From Phyllobates terribilis (Eukaryota), in contig NW_027362769.1 of the NCBI RefSeq assembly GCF_046119375.1, positions 360,344,001 to 360,408,000 on the forward strand: a stretch of DNA of 64,000 bases, read 5' to 3'. The position numbers were made by a program, and so were the translations under genes. Numbering within the stretch: position 1 is the first letter of the stretch; each line of letters begins with the position of its first letter. The notes beneath the pieces were generated by a model. It made no database searches. It had not been told where the DNA came from and saw only the letters and a program-made list of their open reading frames with translations. This document shows, in pieces, positions 51,801 to 64,000 of the stretch.

Positions 51801-54800
51801 CTGCCTGTACAGTATATAGAGCAGTGTGTATAGTATATAGAGCTGCCTGTACAGTATATAGAGCAGCCTGTACAGTATATAGAGCAGAGTGTACAGTATA
51901 TAGAGCAGCCTGTACAGTATATAGAGCATTGTGTACAGTATATAGAGCAGCCTGTACAGTAAATAGAGCAGTGTGTACAGTATATAGAACAGTGTGTATA
52001 GTATATAGAGCTGCCTGTACAGTATATAGAGCAGTGTGTACAGTATATAGAGCAGCCTGTACAGTTTATAGAGCAGTGTGTACAGTATATAGAGCAGTGT
52101 ATACAGTATATAGAGCAGTGTGTACAGTATATAGAGCAGCCTGTACAGTATACAGAGCAGTGTACAGTATATAGAGCAGCCTGTACAGTATATAGAGCAG
52201 TGTGTACAGTATATAGAGCAGGGTGTACAGTATATAGAGCAGACTGTACAGTATATAAAGCAGGGTGTACAGTATGTAGAGCAGTGTGTACAGTATATAG
52301 AGCAGCCTGTACAGTTTATAGAGCAGCGTGTACAGTATATAGAGCAGTGTATACAGTATATAGAGCAGTGTGTACAGTATATAGAGCAGCCTTTACTGTA
52401 TACAGAGCAGTGTACAGTATATAGAGCAGCCTGTACAGTATATAGAGCAGTGTGTACAGTATATAGAGCAGCGTGTACAGTATATAGAGCAGTGTGTATA
52501 GTATATAGAGCAGCCTGTACAGTATATAGAAGAGTGTGTACAGTATATAGAGCAGTGTGTATATTATATAGAGCTGCCTGTACAGTATATAGAGCAGCCT
52601 GTACAGTATATAGAGCAGTGTGTACAGCATATAGAGCAGCGTGTACAGTATATAGAGCAGTGTGTACAGTATATAGAGCAGCCTGTACAGTATATAGAGC
52701 AGTGTGTACAGTATATAGAGATGCCTGTACAGTATATAGGGCAGTGTGTGCAGTATATAGAGCAGCCTGTACAGTATATAGAGCAGTGTGTTTAGTATAT
52801 AGAGCTGCCTCTACAGTATATAGAGCAGTGTGTACAGTATATAGAGCAGGGTGTACAGTATATAGAGCAGTGTGTACAGTATATAGAGCAGCCTGTACAG
52901 TATATAAAGCTGCCTGTACAGTATATAGAGCAGTGTGTACAGTGTATAGAGCAGCGTGTACAGTATACAGAGCTGCCTGTACAGTATATAGAGCAGTGTG
53001 TACAGTATATAGAGCAGTATATACAGTGTATAGAGCAGTTTGTACAGTATATAGAGCAGCGTGTACAGTATATAGAGCAGTGTGTACAGTATATAGGACA
53101 GTGTGTATAGTATATAGAGCTGTCTGTACAGTATATAGAGCAGTGTGTACAGTATATAAAGCAGCCTGTACAGTATATAGAGCAGTGTGTACAGTATATA
53201 GAGCAGCCTGTATAGTATATAGAGCAGTGTGTATAGTATATAGAGCAGCCTGTACAGTATATAGAGCAGTGTGTACAGTATATAGAGCTGCCTGTACAGT
53301 GTATAGAGCAGTGTGTAGAGTATATAGAGCAGCGTGTACAGTATATAGAGCTGTGTGTACAGTATATAGAGCAGTGTGTACAGTATATAGAGCTGCCTGT
53401 ACAGTGTATAGAGCAGTGTGTAGAGTATATAGAGCAGTGTGTACAGTATATAGAGCAGTGTGTACAGTATATAGAGCTGCCTGTACAGTGTATAGAGCAG
53501 TGTGTAGAGTATATAGAGCAGTCTGTACAGTATATAGAGCAGTGTGTACAGTATATAGAGCAGCCTGTACAGTATATAGATCAGTGTGTATAGTATATAG
53601 AGCTGCCTGTACAGTATATAGAGCAGTGTGTACAGTATATAGAGCAGCCTGTACAGTATATAGAGCAGTGTGTAGAGTATATAGAGCAGCGTGTACAGTA
53701 TATAGAGCAGTGTGTACAGTTTATAGAGCTGCCTGTACAGTATATAGAGCAGTGTGTACAGTATATAGAGCAGCCTGTACAGAATATAGAGCAGCCTGTA
53801 CTGTATATAGATCAGTGTGTACAGTATATAGTTCAGTGTGTACAGTATATAGAGCAGCCTGTAGAGTATATAGAGCAGTGTGTACAGTATATAGAGCAGT
53901 ATATACAGTGTATAGAGCAGTGTGTACAGTATATAGAGCAGTGTGTGCAGTATATAGAGCAGCATATACAGTGTACAGAGCAGTGTGTACAGTATATAGA
54001 GCAGTGTGTACAGTATATAGAGCAGAGTGTACAGTATATAGAGCAGCCTGTACAGAATATAGAGCAGCCTGTACAGTATATAGATCAATGTGTACAGTAT
54101 ATAGAGCTGCCTGTACAGTATATAGAGCAGTGTGTACAGTATATAGAGCAGCCTGTACAGAATATAGAGCAGCCTGTACAGTATATAGAGCAGTGTGTAC
54201 AGTATATAGAGCAGTGTGTATAGTATACAGAGCTGCCTGTACAGTATATAGAGCAGTGTGTGCAGTATATAGAGCAGTTTGTACAGTATATTGAGCTGCC
54301 TCTACAGTATATAGAGCAGTGTGTACAGTATATAGAGCAGTATATACAGTGTATAGAGCAGTGTGTACAGTATATAGAGCAGCCTGTACAGTATATAGAG
54401 CTGCATGTACAGTATATAGAGCAGTGTGTACAGTATATAGAGCAGTGTGTATAGTATATAGAGCTGCCTGTACAGTATATAGAGCAGTGTGTACAGTATA
54501 TAGAGCAGTGTGTATAGTATATAGAGCTGCCTGTACAGTATATAGAGCAGTGTGTACAGTATATAGAGCAGTGTTTATAGTATATTGAGCTGCCTGTACA
54601 GTATATAGAGCTGCCTGTACAGTATATAGAGCAGTGTGTACAGTATATAGAGCAGTGTGTATAGTATATAGAGCTGCCTGTACAGTATATAGAGCAGTGT
54701 GTACAGTATATAGAGCAGTGTGTATAGTATATTGAGCTGCCTGTACAGTATATAGAGCAGTGTTTACAGTATATAGAGCAGTATATACAGTGTATAGAGC

Positions 54801-57800
54801 AGTGTGTACAGTATATAGAGCAGCCTGTACAGTATATAGAGCTGCATGTACAGTATATAGAGCAGTGTGTACAGTATATAGAGCAGCCTGTACAGTATAT
54901 AGAGCAGTGTGTACAGTATATAGAGCAGTCTGTACTGTGTATAGAGCAGTGTGTACAGTATATAGAGCAGCCTGTACAGTTTATAGAGCAGCCTGTACAG
55001 TATATAGAGCAGAGTGTACAGTATATAGAGCAGCCTGTACAGTATATAGAGCAGCGTGTACAGTATATAGAGCAGTGTGTACAGTATATAGAGCAGTGTG
55101 TATAGTATATAGAGCTGCCTGTACAGTATATAGAGCAGTGTGTATAGTATATAGAGCAGTGTGTATAGTATATAGAGCTGCCTGTACAGTATATAGAGCA
55201 GTGTGTACAGTATATAGAGCAGTGTGTATAGTATATAGAGCTGCCTGTACAGTATATAGAGCAGTGTGTATAGTATATAGAGCAGTGTGTATAGTATATA
55301 GAGCTGCCTGTACAGTATATAGAGCAGTGTGTACAGTATATAGAGCAGCCTGTACTGTGTATAGAGCAGTGTGTACAGTATATAGAGCAGTGTGCACAGT
55401 ATAAAGAGCTGCCTGTACAATATATAGAGCAGTGTGTACAGTATATAGAGCAGCCTGTACAGTATATGGAGCAGTGTGTACAGTATATAGAGCAGTCTGT
55501 ACTGTGTATAGAGCAGTGTGTACAGTATATAGAGCAGCCTGTACAGTTTATAGAGCAGCCTGTACAGTATATAGAGCAGAGTGTACAGTATATAGAGCAG
55601 CCTGTACAGTATATAGAGCAGCGTGTACAGTATATAGAGCAGTGTGTACAGTATATAGAGCAGTGTGTATAGTATATAGAGCTGCCTGTACAGTATATAG
55701 AGCAGTGTGTATAGTATATAGAGCAGTGTGTATAGTATATAGAGCTGCCTGTACAGTATATAGAGCAGTGTGTACAGTATATAGAGCAGCCTGTACAGTA
55801 TGTAGAGCAGTGTGTACAGTATATAGAGCTGCCTGTACAGTATAAAGAGCAGTGTGTATAGTATATAGAGCTGCCTGTACAGTATATAGAGCAGCCTGTA
55901 CAGTATATAGAGCAGTGTGTACAGTATATAGAGATGCCTGTACAGTATATAGGGCAGTGTGTGCAGTATATAGAGCAGCCTGTACAGTATATAGAGCAGT
56001 GTGTTTAGTATATAGAGCTGCCTCTACAGTATATAGAGCAGTGTGTACAGTATATAGAGCAGGGTGTACAGTATATAGAGCAGTGTGTACAGTATATAGA
56101 GCAGCCTGTACAGTATATAAAGCTGCCTGTACAGTATATAGAGCAGTGTGTACAGTGTATAGAGCAGCGTGTACAGTATACAGAGCTGCCTGTACAGTAT
56201 ATAGAGCAGTGTGTACAGTATATAGAGCAGTATATACAGTGTATAGAGCAGTGTGTACAGTATATAGAGCAGCGTGTACAGTATATAGAGCAGTGTGTAC
56301 AGTATATAGGACAGTGTGTATAGTATATAGAGCTGCCTGTACAGTATATAGAGCAGTGTGTACAGTATATAGAGCAGCCTGTACAGTATATAGAGCTGCC
56401 TGTACAGTATATAGAGCAGTGTGTACAGTATATAGAGCTGCCTGTACAGTGTATAGAGCAGTGTGTAGAGTATATAGAGCAGCGTGTACAGTATATAGAG
56501 CTGTGTGTACAGTATATAGAGCAGTGTGTACAGTATATAGAGCTGCCTGTACAGTGTATAGAGCAGTGTGTAGAGTATATAGAGCAGTGTGTACAGTATA
56601 TAGAGCAGTGTGTACAGTATATAGAGCTGCCTGTACAGTGTATAGAGCAGTGTGTAGAGTATATAGAGCAGTCTGTACAGTATATAGAGCAGTGTGTACA
56701 GTATATAGAGCAGCCTGTACAGTATATAGATCAGTGTGTATAGTATATAGAGCTGCCTGTACAGTATATAGAGCAGTGTGTACAGTATATAGAGCAGCCT
56801 GTACAGTATATAGAGCAGTGTGTAGAGTATATAGAGCAGCGTGTACAGTATATAGAGCAGTGTGTACAGTTTATAGAGCTGCCTGTACAGTATATAGAGC
56901 AGTGTGTACAGTATATAGAGCAGCCTGTACAGAATATAGAGCAGCCTGTACTGTATATAGATCAGTGTGTACAGTATATAGTTCAGTGTGTACAGTATAT
57001 AGAGCAGCCTGTAGAGTATATAGAGCAGTGTGTACAGTATATAGAGCAGTATATACAGTGTATAGAGCAGTGTGTACAGTATATAGAGCAGTGTGTGCAG
57101 TATATAGAGCAGCATATACAGTGTACAGAGCAGTGTGTACAGTATATAGAGCAGTGTGTACAGTATATAGAGCAGCCTGTACAGAATATAGAGCAGCCTG
57201 TACAGTATATAGATCAATGTGTACAGTATATAGAGCTGCCTGTACAGTATATAGAGCAGTGTGTACAGTATATAGAGCAGCCTGTACAGAATATAGAGCA
57301 GCCTGTACAGTATATAGAGCAGTGTGTACAGTATATAGAGCAGTGTGTATAGTATATAGAGCTGCCTGTACAGTATATAGAGCAGTGTGTGCAGTATATA
57401 GAGCAGTTTGTACAGTATATTGAGCTGCCTGTACAGTATATAGAGCAGTGTGTACAGTATATAGAGCAGTATATACAGTGTATAGAGCAGTGTGTACAGT
57501 ATATAGAGCAGCCTGTACAGTATATAGAGCTGCATGTACAGTATATAGAGCAGTGTGTACAGTATATAGAGCAGTGTGTATAGTATATAGAGCTGCCTGT
57601 ACAGTATATAGAGCAGTGTGTACAGTATATAGAGCAGTGTGTATAGTATATAGAGCTGCCTGTACAGTATATAGAGCAGTGTGTACAGTATATAGAGCAG
57701 TGTTTATAGTATATTGAGCTGCCTGTACAGTATATAGAGCTGCCTGTACAGTATATAGAGCAGTGTGTACAGTATATAGAGCAGTGTGTATAGTATATAG

Positions 57801-60800
57801 AGCTGCCTGTACAGTATATAGAGCAGTGTGTACAGTATATAGAGCAGTGTGTATAGTATATTGAGCTGCCTGTACAGTATATAGAGCAGTGTTTACAGTA
57901 TATAGAGCAGTATATACAGTGTATAGAGCAGTGTGTACAGTATATAGAGCAGCCTGTACAGTATATAGAGCTGCATGTACAGTATATAGAGCAGTGTGTA
58001 CAGTATATAGAGCAGCCTGTACAGTATATAGAGCAGTGTGTACAGTATATAGAGCAGCCTTTACAGCATATAGAGCAGTGTGTACAGTATATAGAGCAGT
58101 GTGCACAGTATAAAGAGCTGCCTGTACAGTATATAGAGCAGTGTGTACAGTATATAGAGCAGCCTGTACAGTATATGGAGCAGTGTGTACAGTATATAGA
58201 GCAGTCTGTACTGTGTATAGAGCAGTGTGTACAGTATATAGAGCAGCCTGTACAGTTTATAGAGCAGCCTGTACAGTATATAGAGCAGAGTGTACAGTAT
58301 ATAGAACAGCCTGTACAGTATATAGAGCAGCGTGTACAGTATATAGAGCAGTGTGTACAGTATATAGAGCAGTGTGTACAGTATATAGAGCTGCCTGTAC
58401 AGTATATAGAGCAGTGTGTATAGTATATAGAGCAGTGTGTATAGTATATAGAGCTGCCTGTACAGTATATAGAGCAGTGTGTACAGTATATAGAGCAGCC
58501 TGTACAGTATGTAGAGCAGTGTGTACAGTATATAGAGCTGCCTGTACAGTATATAGAGCAGTGTGTATAGTATATAGAGCTGCCTGTACAGTATATAGAG
58601 CAGCCTGTACAGTATATAGAGCAGGGTGTACAGTATATAGAGCAGCCTGTACAGTATATAGAGCAGGGTGTACAGTATATAGAGCTGCCTGTACAGTATA
58701 TAGAGCAGTGTGTACAGTATATAGAGCAGCCTGTACAGTTTATAGAGCAGTGTGTACAGTATATAGAGCAGACTGTACAGTATATAAAGCAGGGTGTACA
58801 GTATATAGAGCAGTGTGTACAGTATATAGAGCAGCCTGTACAGTTTATAGAGCAGCGTGTACAGTATATAGAGCAGTGTATACAGTATATAGAGCAGTGT
58901 GTACAGTATATAGAGCAGCCTGTACAGTATACAGAGCAGTGTACAGTATATAGAGCAGCCTGTACAGTATATAGAGCAGTGTGTACAGTATATAGAGCAG
59001 CGTGTACAGTATATAGAGCAGTGTGTATAGTATATAGAGCAGCCTGTACAGTATATAGAAGAGTGTGTACAGTATATAGAGCAGTGTGCATATTATATAG
59101 AGCTGCCTGTACAGTATATAGAGCAGCCTGTACAGTATATAGAGCAGTGTGTACAGCATATAGAGCAGCGTGTACAGTATATAGAGCAGTGTGTACAGTA
59201 TATAGAGCAGCCTGTACAGTATATAGAGCAGTGTGTACAGTATATAGAGATGCCTGTACAGTATATAGGGCAGTGTGTGCAGTATATAGAGCAGCCTGTA
59301 CAGTATATAGAGCAGTGTGTTTAGTATATAGAGCTGCCTCTACAGTATATAGAGCAGTGTGTACAGTATATAGAGCAGGGTGTACAGTATATAGAGCAGT
59401 GTGTACAGTATATAGAGCAGCCTGTACAGTATATAAAGCTGCCTGTACAGTATATAGAGCAGTGTGTACAGTGTATAGAGCAGCGTGTACAGTATACAGA
59501 GCTGCCTGTACAGTATATAGAGCAGTGTGTACAGTATATAGAGCAGTATATACAGTGTATAGAGCAGTGTGTACAGTATATAGAGCAGCGTGTACAGTAT
59601 ATAGAGCAGTGTGTACAGTATATAGGACAGTGTGTATAGTATATAGAGCTGCCTGTACAGTATATAGAGCAGTGTGTACAGTATATAGAGCAGCCTGTAC
59701 AGTATATAGAGCTGCCTGTACAGTATATAGAGCAGTGTGTACAGTATATAGAGCTGCCTGTACAGTGTATAGAGCAGTGTGTAGAGTATATAGAGCAGCG
59801 TGTACAGTATATAGAGCTGTGTGTACAGTATGTAGAGCAGTGTGTACAGTATATAGAGCTGCCTGTACAGTGTATAGAGCAGTGTGTAGAGTATATAGAG
59901 CAGTGTGTACAGTATATAGAGCAGTGTGTACAGTATATAGAGCTGCCTGTACAGTGTATAGAGCAGTGTGTAGAGTATATAGAGCAGTCTGTACAGTATA
60001 TAGAGCAGTGTGTACAGTATATAGAGCAGCCTGTACAGTATATAGATCAGTGTGTATAGTATATAGAGCTGCCTGTACAGTATATAGAGCAGTGTGTACA
60101 GTATATAGAGCAGCCTGTACAGTATATAGAGCAGTGTGTAGAGTATATAGAGCAGCGTGTACAGTATATAGAGCAGTGTGTACAGTTTATAGAGCTGCCT
60201 GTACAGTATATAGAGCAGTGTGTACAGTATATAGAGCAGCCTGTACAGAATATAGAGCAGCCTGTACTGTATATAGATCAGTGTGTACAGTATATAGTTC
60301 AGTGTGTACAGTATATAGAGCAGCCTGTAGAGTATATAGAGCAGTGTGTACAGTATATAGAGCAGTATATACAGTGTATAGAGCAGTGTGTACAGTATAT
60401 AGAGCAGTGTGTGCAGTATATAGAGCAGCATATACAGTGTACAGAGCAGTGTGTACAGTATATAGAGCAGTGTGTACAGTATATAGAGCAGTGTGTACAG
60501 TATATAGAGCAGCCTGTACAGAATATACAGCAGCCTGTACAGTATATAGATCAATGTGTACAGTATATAGAGCTGCCTGTACAGTATATAGAGCAGTGTG
60601 TACAGTATATAGAGCAGCCTGTACAGAATATAGAGCAGCCTGTACAGTATATAGAGCAGTGTGTACAGTATATAGAGCAGTGTGTATAGTATATAGAGCT
60701 GCCTGTACAGTATATAGAGCAGTGTGTGCAGTATATAGAGCAGTTTGTACAGTATATTGAGCTGCCTGTACAGTATATAGAGCAGTGTGTACAGTATATA

Positions 60801-63800
60801 GAGCAGTATATACAGTGTATAGAGCAGTGTGTACAGTATATAGAGCAGCCTGTACAGTATATAGAGCTGCATGTACAGTATATAGAGCAGTGTGTACAGT
60901 ATATAGAGCAGTGTGTATAGTATATAGAGCTGCCTGTACAGTATATAGAGCAGTGTGTACAGTATATAGAGCAGTGTGTATAGTATATAGAGCTGCCTGT
61001 ACAGTATATAGAGCAGTGTGTACAGTATATAGAGCAGTGTTTATAGTATATTGAGCTGCCTGTACAGTATATAGAGCTGCCTGTACAGTATATAGAGCAG
61101 TGTGTACAGTATATAGAGCAGTGTGTATAGTATATAGAGCTGCCTGTACAGTATATAGAGCAGTGTGTACAGTATATAGAGCAGTGTGTATAGCATATTG
61201 AGCTGCCTGTACAGTATATAGAGCAGTGTTTACAGTATATAGAGCAGTATATACAGTGTATAGAGCAGTGTGTACAGTATATAGAGCAGCCTGTACAGTA
61301 TATAGAGCTGCATGTACAGTATATAGAGCAGTGTGTACAGTATATAGAGCAGCCTGTACAGTATATAGAGCAGTGTGTACAGTATATAGAGCAACCTTTA
61401 CAGCATATAGAGCAGTGTGTACAGTATATAGAGCAGTGTGCACAGTATAAAGAGCTGCCTGTACAGTATATAGAGCAGTGTGTACAGTATATAGAGCAGC
61501 CTGTACAGTATATGGAGCAGTGTGTACAGTATATAGAGCAGTCTGTACTGTGTATAGAGCAGTGTGTACAGTATATAGAGCAGCCTGTACAGTTTATAGA
61601 GCAGCCTGTACAGTATATAGAGCAGAGTGTACAGTATATAGAGCAGCCTGTACAGTATATAGAGCAGCGTGTACAGTATATAGAGCAGTGTGTATAGTAT
61701 ATAGAGCTGCCTGTACAGTATATAGAGCAGTGTGTATAGTATATAGAGCAGTGTGTATAGTATATAGAGCTGCCTGTACAGTATATAGAGCAGTGTGTAC
61801 AGTATATAGAGCAGCCTGTACAGTATGTAGAGCAGTGTGTACAGTATATAGAGCTGCCTGTACAGTATATAGAGCAGTGTGTATAGTATATAGAGCTGCC
61901 TGTACAGTATATAGAGCAGCCTGTACAGTATATAGAGCAGGGTGTACAGTATATAGAGCAGCCTGTACAGTATATAGAGCAGTGTGTACAGTATATAGAA
62001 CAGTGTGTATAGTATATAGAGCTGCCTGTACAGTATATAGAGCAGTGTGTACAGTATATAGAGCAGCCTGTACAGTATATAAAGCAGGGTGTACAGTATA
62101 TAGAGCAGTGTGTACAGTTTATAGAGCAGCCTGTACAGTTTATAGAGCAGTGTGTACAGTATATAGAGCTGCCTGTACAGTATATAGAGCAGTGTGTACA
62201 GTATATAGAGCAGCCTGTGCAGTATACAGAGCAGTGTACAGTATATAGAGCAGTGTGTATAGTATATAGAGCAGCCTGTACAGTATATAGAAGAGTGTGT
62301 ACAGTATATAGAGAGGTGTGTACAGTATATAGAGCAGCGTGTACAGTATATAGAGCAGTGTGTATAGTATATAGAGCAGCCTGTACAGTATATAGAAGAG
62401 TGTGTACAGTATATAGAGCAGTGTGTATAGTATATAGAGCTGCCTGTACAGTATATAGAGCAGTGTGTACAGTATATAGAGCAGCCTGTACAGTATATAG
62501 AGCAGTGTGTACAGTATATAGAGGTGCCTGTACAGTATATAGGGCAGTGTGTACAGTATATAGAGCAGCCTGTACAGTATATAGAGCAGTGTCTTTAGTA
62601 TATAGAGCTGCCTCTACACTATATAGAGCAGTGTGTACAGTATATAGAGCAGGGTGTACAGTATATAGAGCAGGGTGTACAGTATATAGAGCAGTGTGTA
62701 TAGTATATAGAGCAGTGTGTACAGTATATAGAGCAGCCTGTACAGTATACAGAACATTGTACAGTATATAGAGCAGCCTGTACAGTATATAGAGCAGTGT
62801 GTACAGTATATAGAGCAGCGTGTACAGTATATAGAGCAGTGTGTATAGTATATAGAGCAGCCTGTACAGTATATAGAGCAGCCTGTACAGTATATAGAGC
62901 AGTGTGTATAGTATATAGAGCAGTGTGTACAGTATATAGAGGAGCCTGTACAGTATATAGAGCTACCTGTACAGTATATAGAGCAGTGTGTACGGTATAT
63001 AGAGCAGCCTGTACAGTATATAGAGCAGTGTGTACAGTATATAGAGCTGCCTGTACAGTATATAGAGCAGTGTGTACAGTATGTAGAGCAGTATATACAG
63101 TGTATAGAGCAGTGTGTACAGTATATAGAGCAGTGTGTACAGTATATAGAGCTGCCTGTACAGTATATAGAGCAGTGTGTACAGTATATAGAGCAGCCTG
63201 TACAGTATATAGAGCAGTGTGTACAGTATATAGAACAGCCTGTACAGTATATAGAGCAGTGTGTACAGTATATAGAGCAGTATATACAGTGTATAGAGCA
63301 GTGTGTACAGTATATAGAGCAGTGTGTACAGTATATAGAGCAGCCTGTACAGTATATAGAGCAGTGTGTACAGTATATAGAGCAGTGTGTGCAGTATATA
63401 GAGCAGCATATACAGTGTACAGAGCAGTGTGTACAGTATATAGAGCAGTGTGTACAGTATATAGAGCAGCCTGTACAGAATATAGAGCAGCCTGTACAGT
63501 ATATAGAGCTGCCTGTACAGTATATAGAGCAGTGTGTACAGTATATAGAGCAGCCTGTACAGAATATAGAGCAGCCTGTACAGTATATAGATCAGTGTGT
63601 ACAGTATATAGTTCAGTGTGTACAGTATATAGAGCAGCCTGTACAGTATATAGAGCAGTGTGTACAGTATATAGAGCAGTATATACAGTGTATAGAGCAG
63701 TGTGTAAAGTATATAGAGCAGTGTGTACAGTATATAGAGTAGTGTGTACTGTATATAGAGCAGCCTGTACAGTATATAGAGCAGTGTGTACAGTATATAG

Positions 63801-63838
63801 ATCAGTGTATTCAGTATATAGAGCAGCCTGTACAGTAT
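39823..63838. repeat. 21-bp satellite array, about 24 kb (roughly 1,100-1,150 units) with higher-order duplications
   Basis: Three main variants: CAGTATATAGAGCAGCCTGTA, CAGTATATAGAGCAGTGTGTA, CAGTATATAGAGCTGCCTGTA. Degenerates into unique AT-rich sequence after about 63840. Confidence 0.99.
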
Positions 63839-64000
63839 ATGAAGTTATCTGTACATTGTATACAGTATTGTGTTTAATATATACAGTAGTAAGTACACTG
63901 GATGTAGCAGATTGTACAGCATAGAGAGAATGTGCACCTTATATACATGAGTTTTTACACTATATGCAGCAGTGTATAACAGGGGAGATGTAATAAAGTC

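Noticed and set aside
39823-63838. AGAGCTG in one satellite variant as a further U7 target
   Set aside because: Only 7 nt of complementarity, in a minority variant, followed by mismatches; likely chance.
39822-63924. Very long ORFs (up to 873 aa; TVYRAVC, LYILYTL and QYIEQCV repeats)
   Set aside because: A 21-bp unit is 7 codons and is stop-free in several frames; these are pure satellite artefacts.

Overview
Eukaryotic (vertebrate) genomic DNA, most likely an anuran frog; this is inferred from the histone sequences and repeat types, not from a database search. The left 30 kb holds a replication-dependent histone gene cluster embedded in transposon debris. Its order is: pseudogenic H2A(-)/H2B(+) pair, a 6.8-kb palindromic hAT derivative, intact H1(+), H3(+) and H4(+), an L2/CR1 LINE, then a second H2A(-)/H2B(+) pair. 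The second H2A has an in-frame 6-codon deletion, and the second H2B is mostly hidden by a 285-N run of exactly the expected coding length. Every histone gene has the canonical 3' stem-loop. The most unusual feature is that two unrelated minisatellites start right after the H1 stem-loop (37 bp x20) and the second H2B stem-loop (39 bp x28). Each is a tandem amplification of the U7 snRNA-pairing histone downstream element (AGAGCTGT). The right 34 kb is a 21-bp satellite (about 24 kb, with kb-scale higher-order duplication). Its left edge is interrupted by a Penelope-like retroelement (RT + GIY-YIG + minimal hammerhead ribozyme). That element is split by a 5.2-kb TTAA piggyBac-type non-autonomous element, which itself holds a hAT MITE and a multi-level palindromic array. 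Two solo LTRs with clean target-site duplications were found, one inside H2A. Nearly all long ORFs in the track over repeats are artefacts. All calls were made by eye, with no computation or search.
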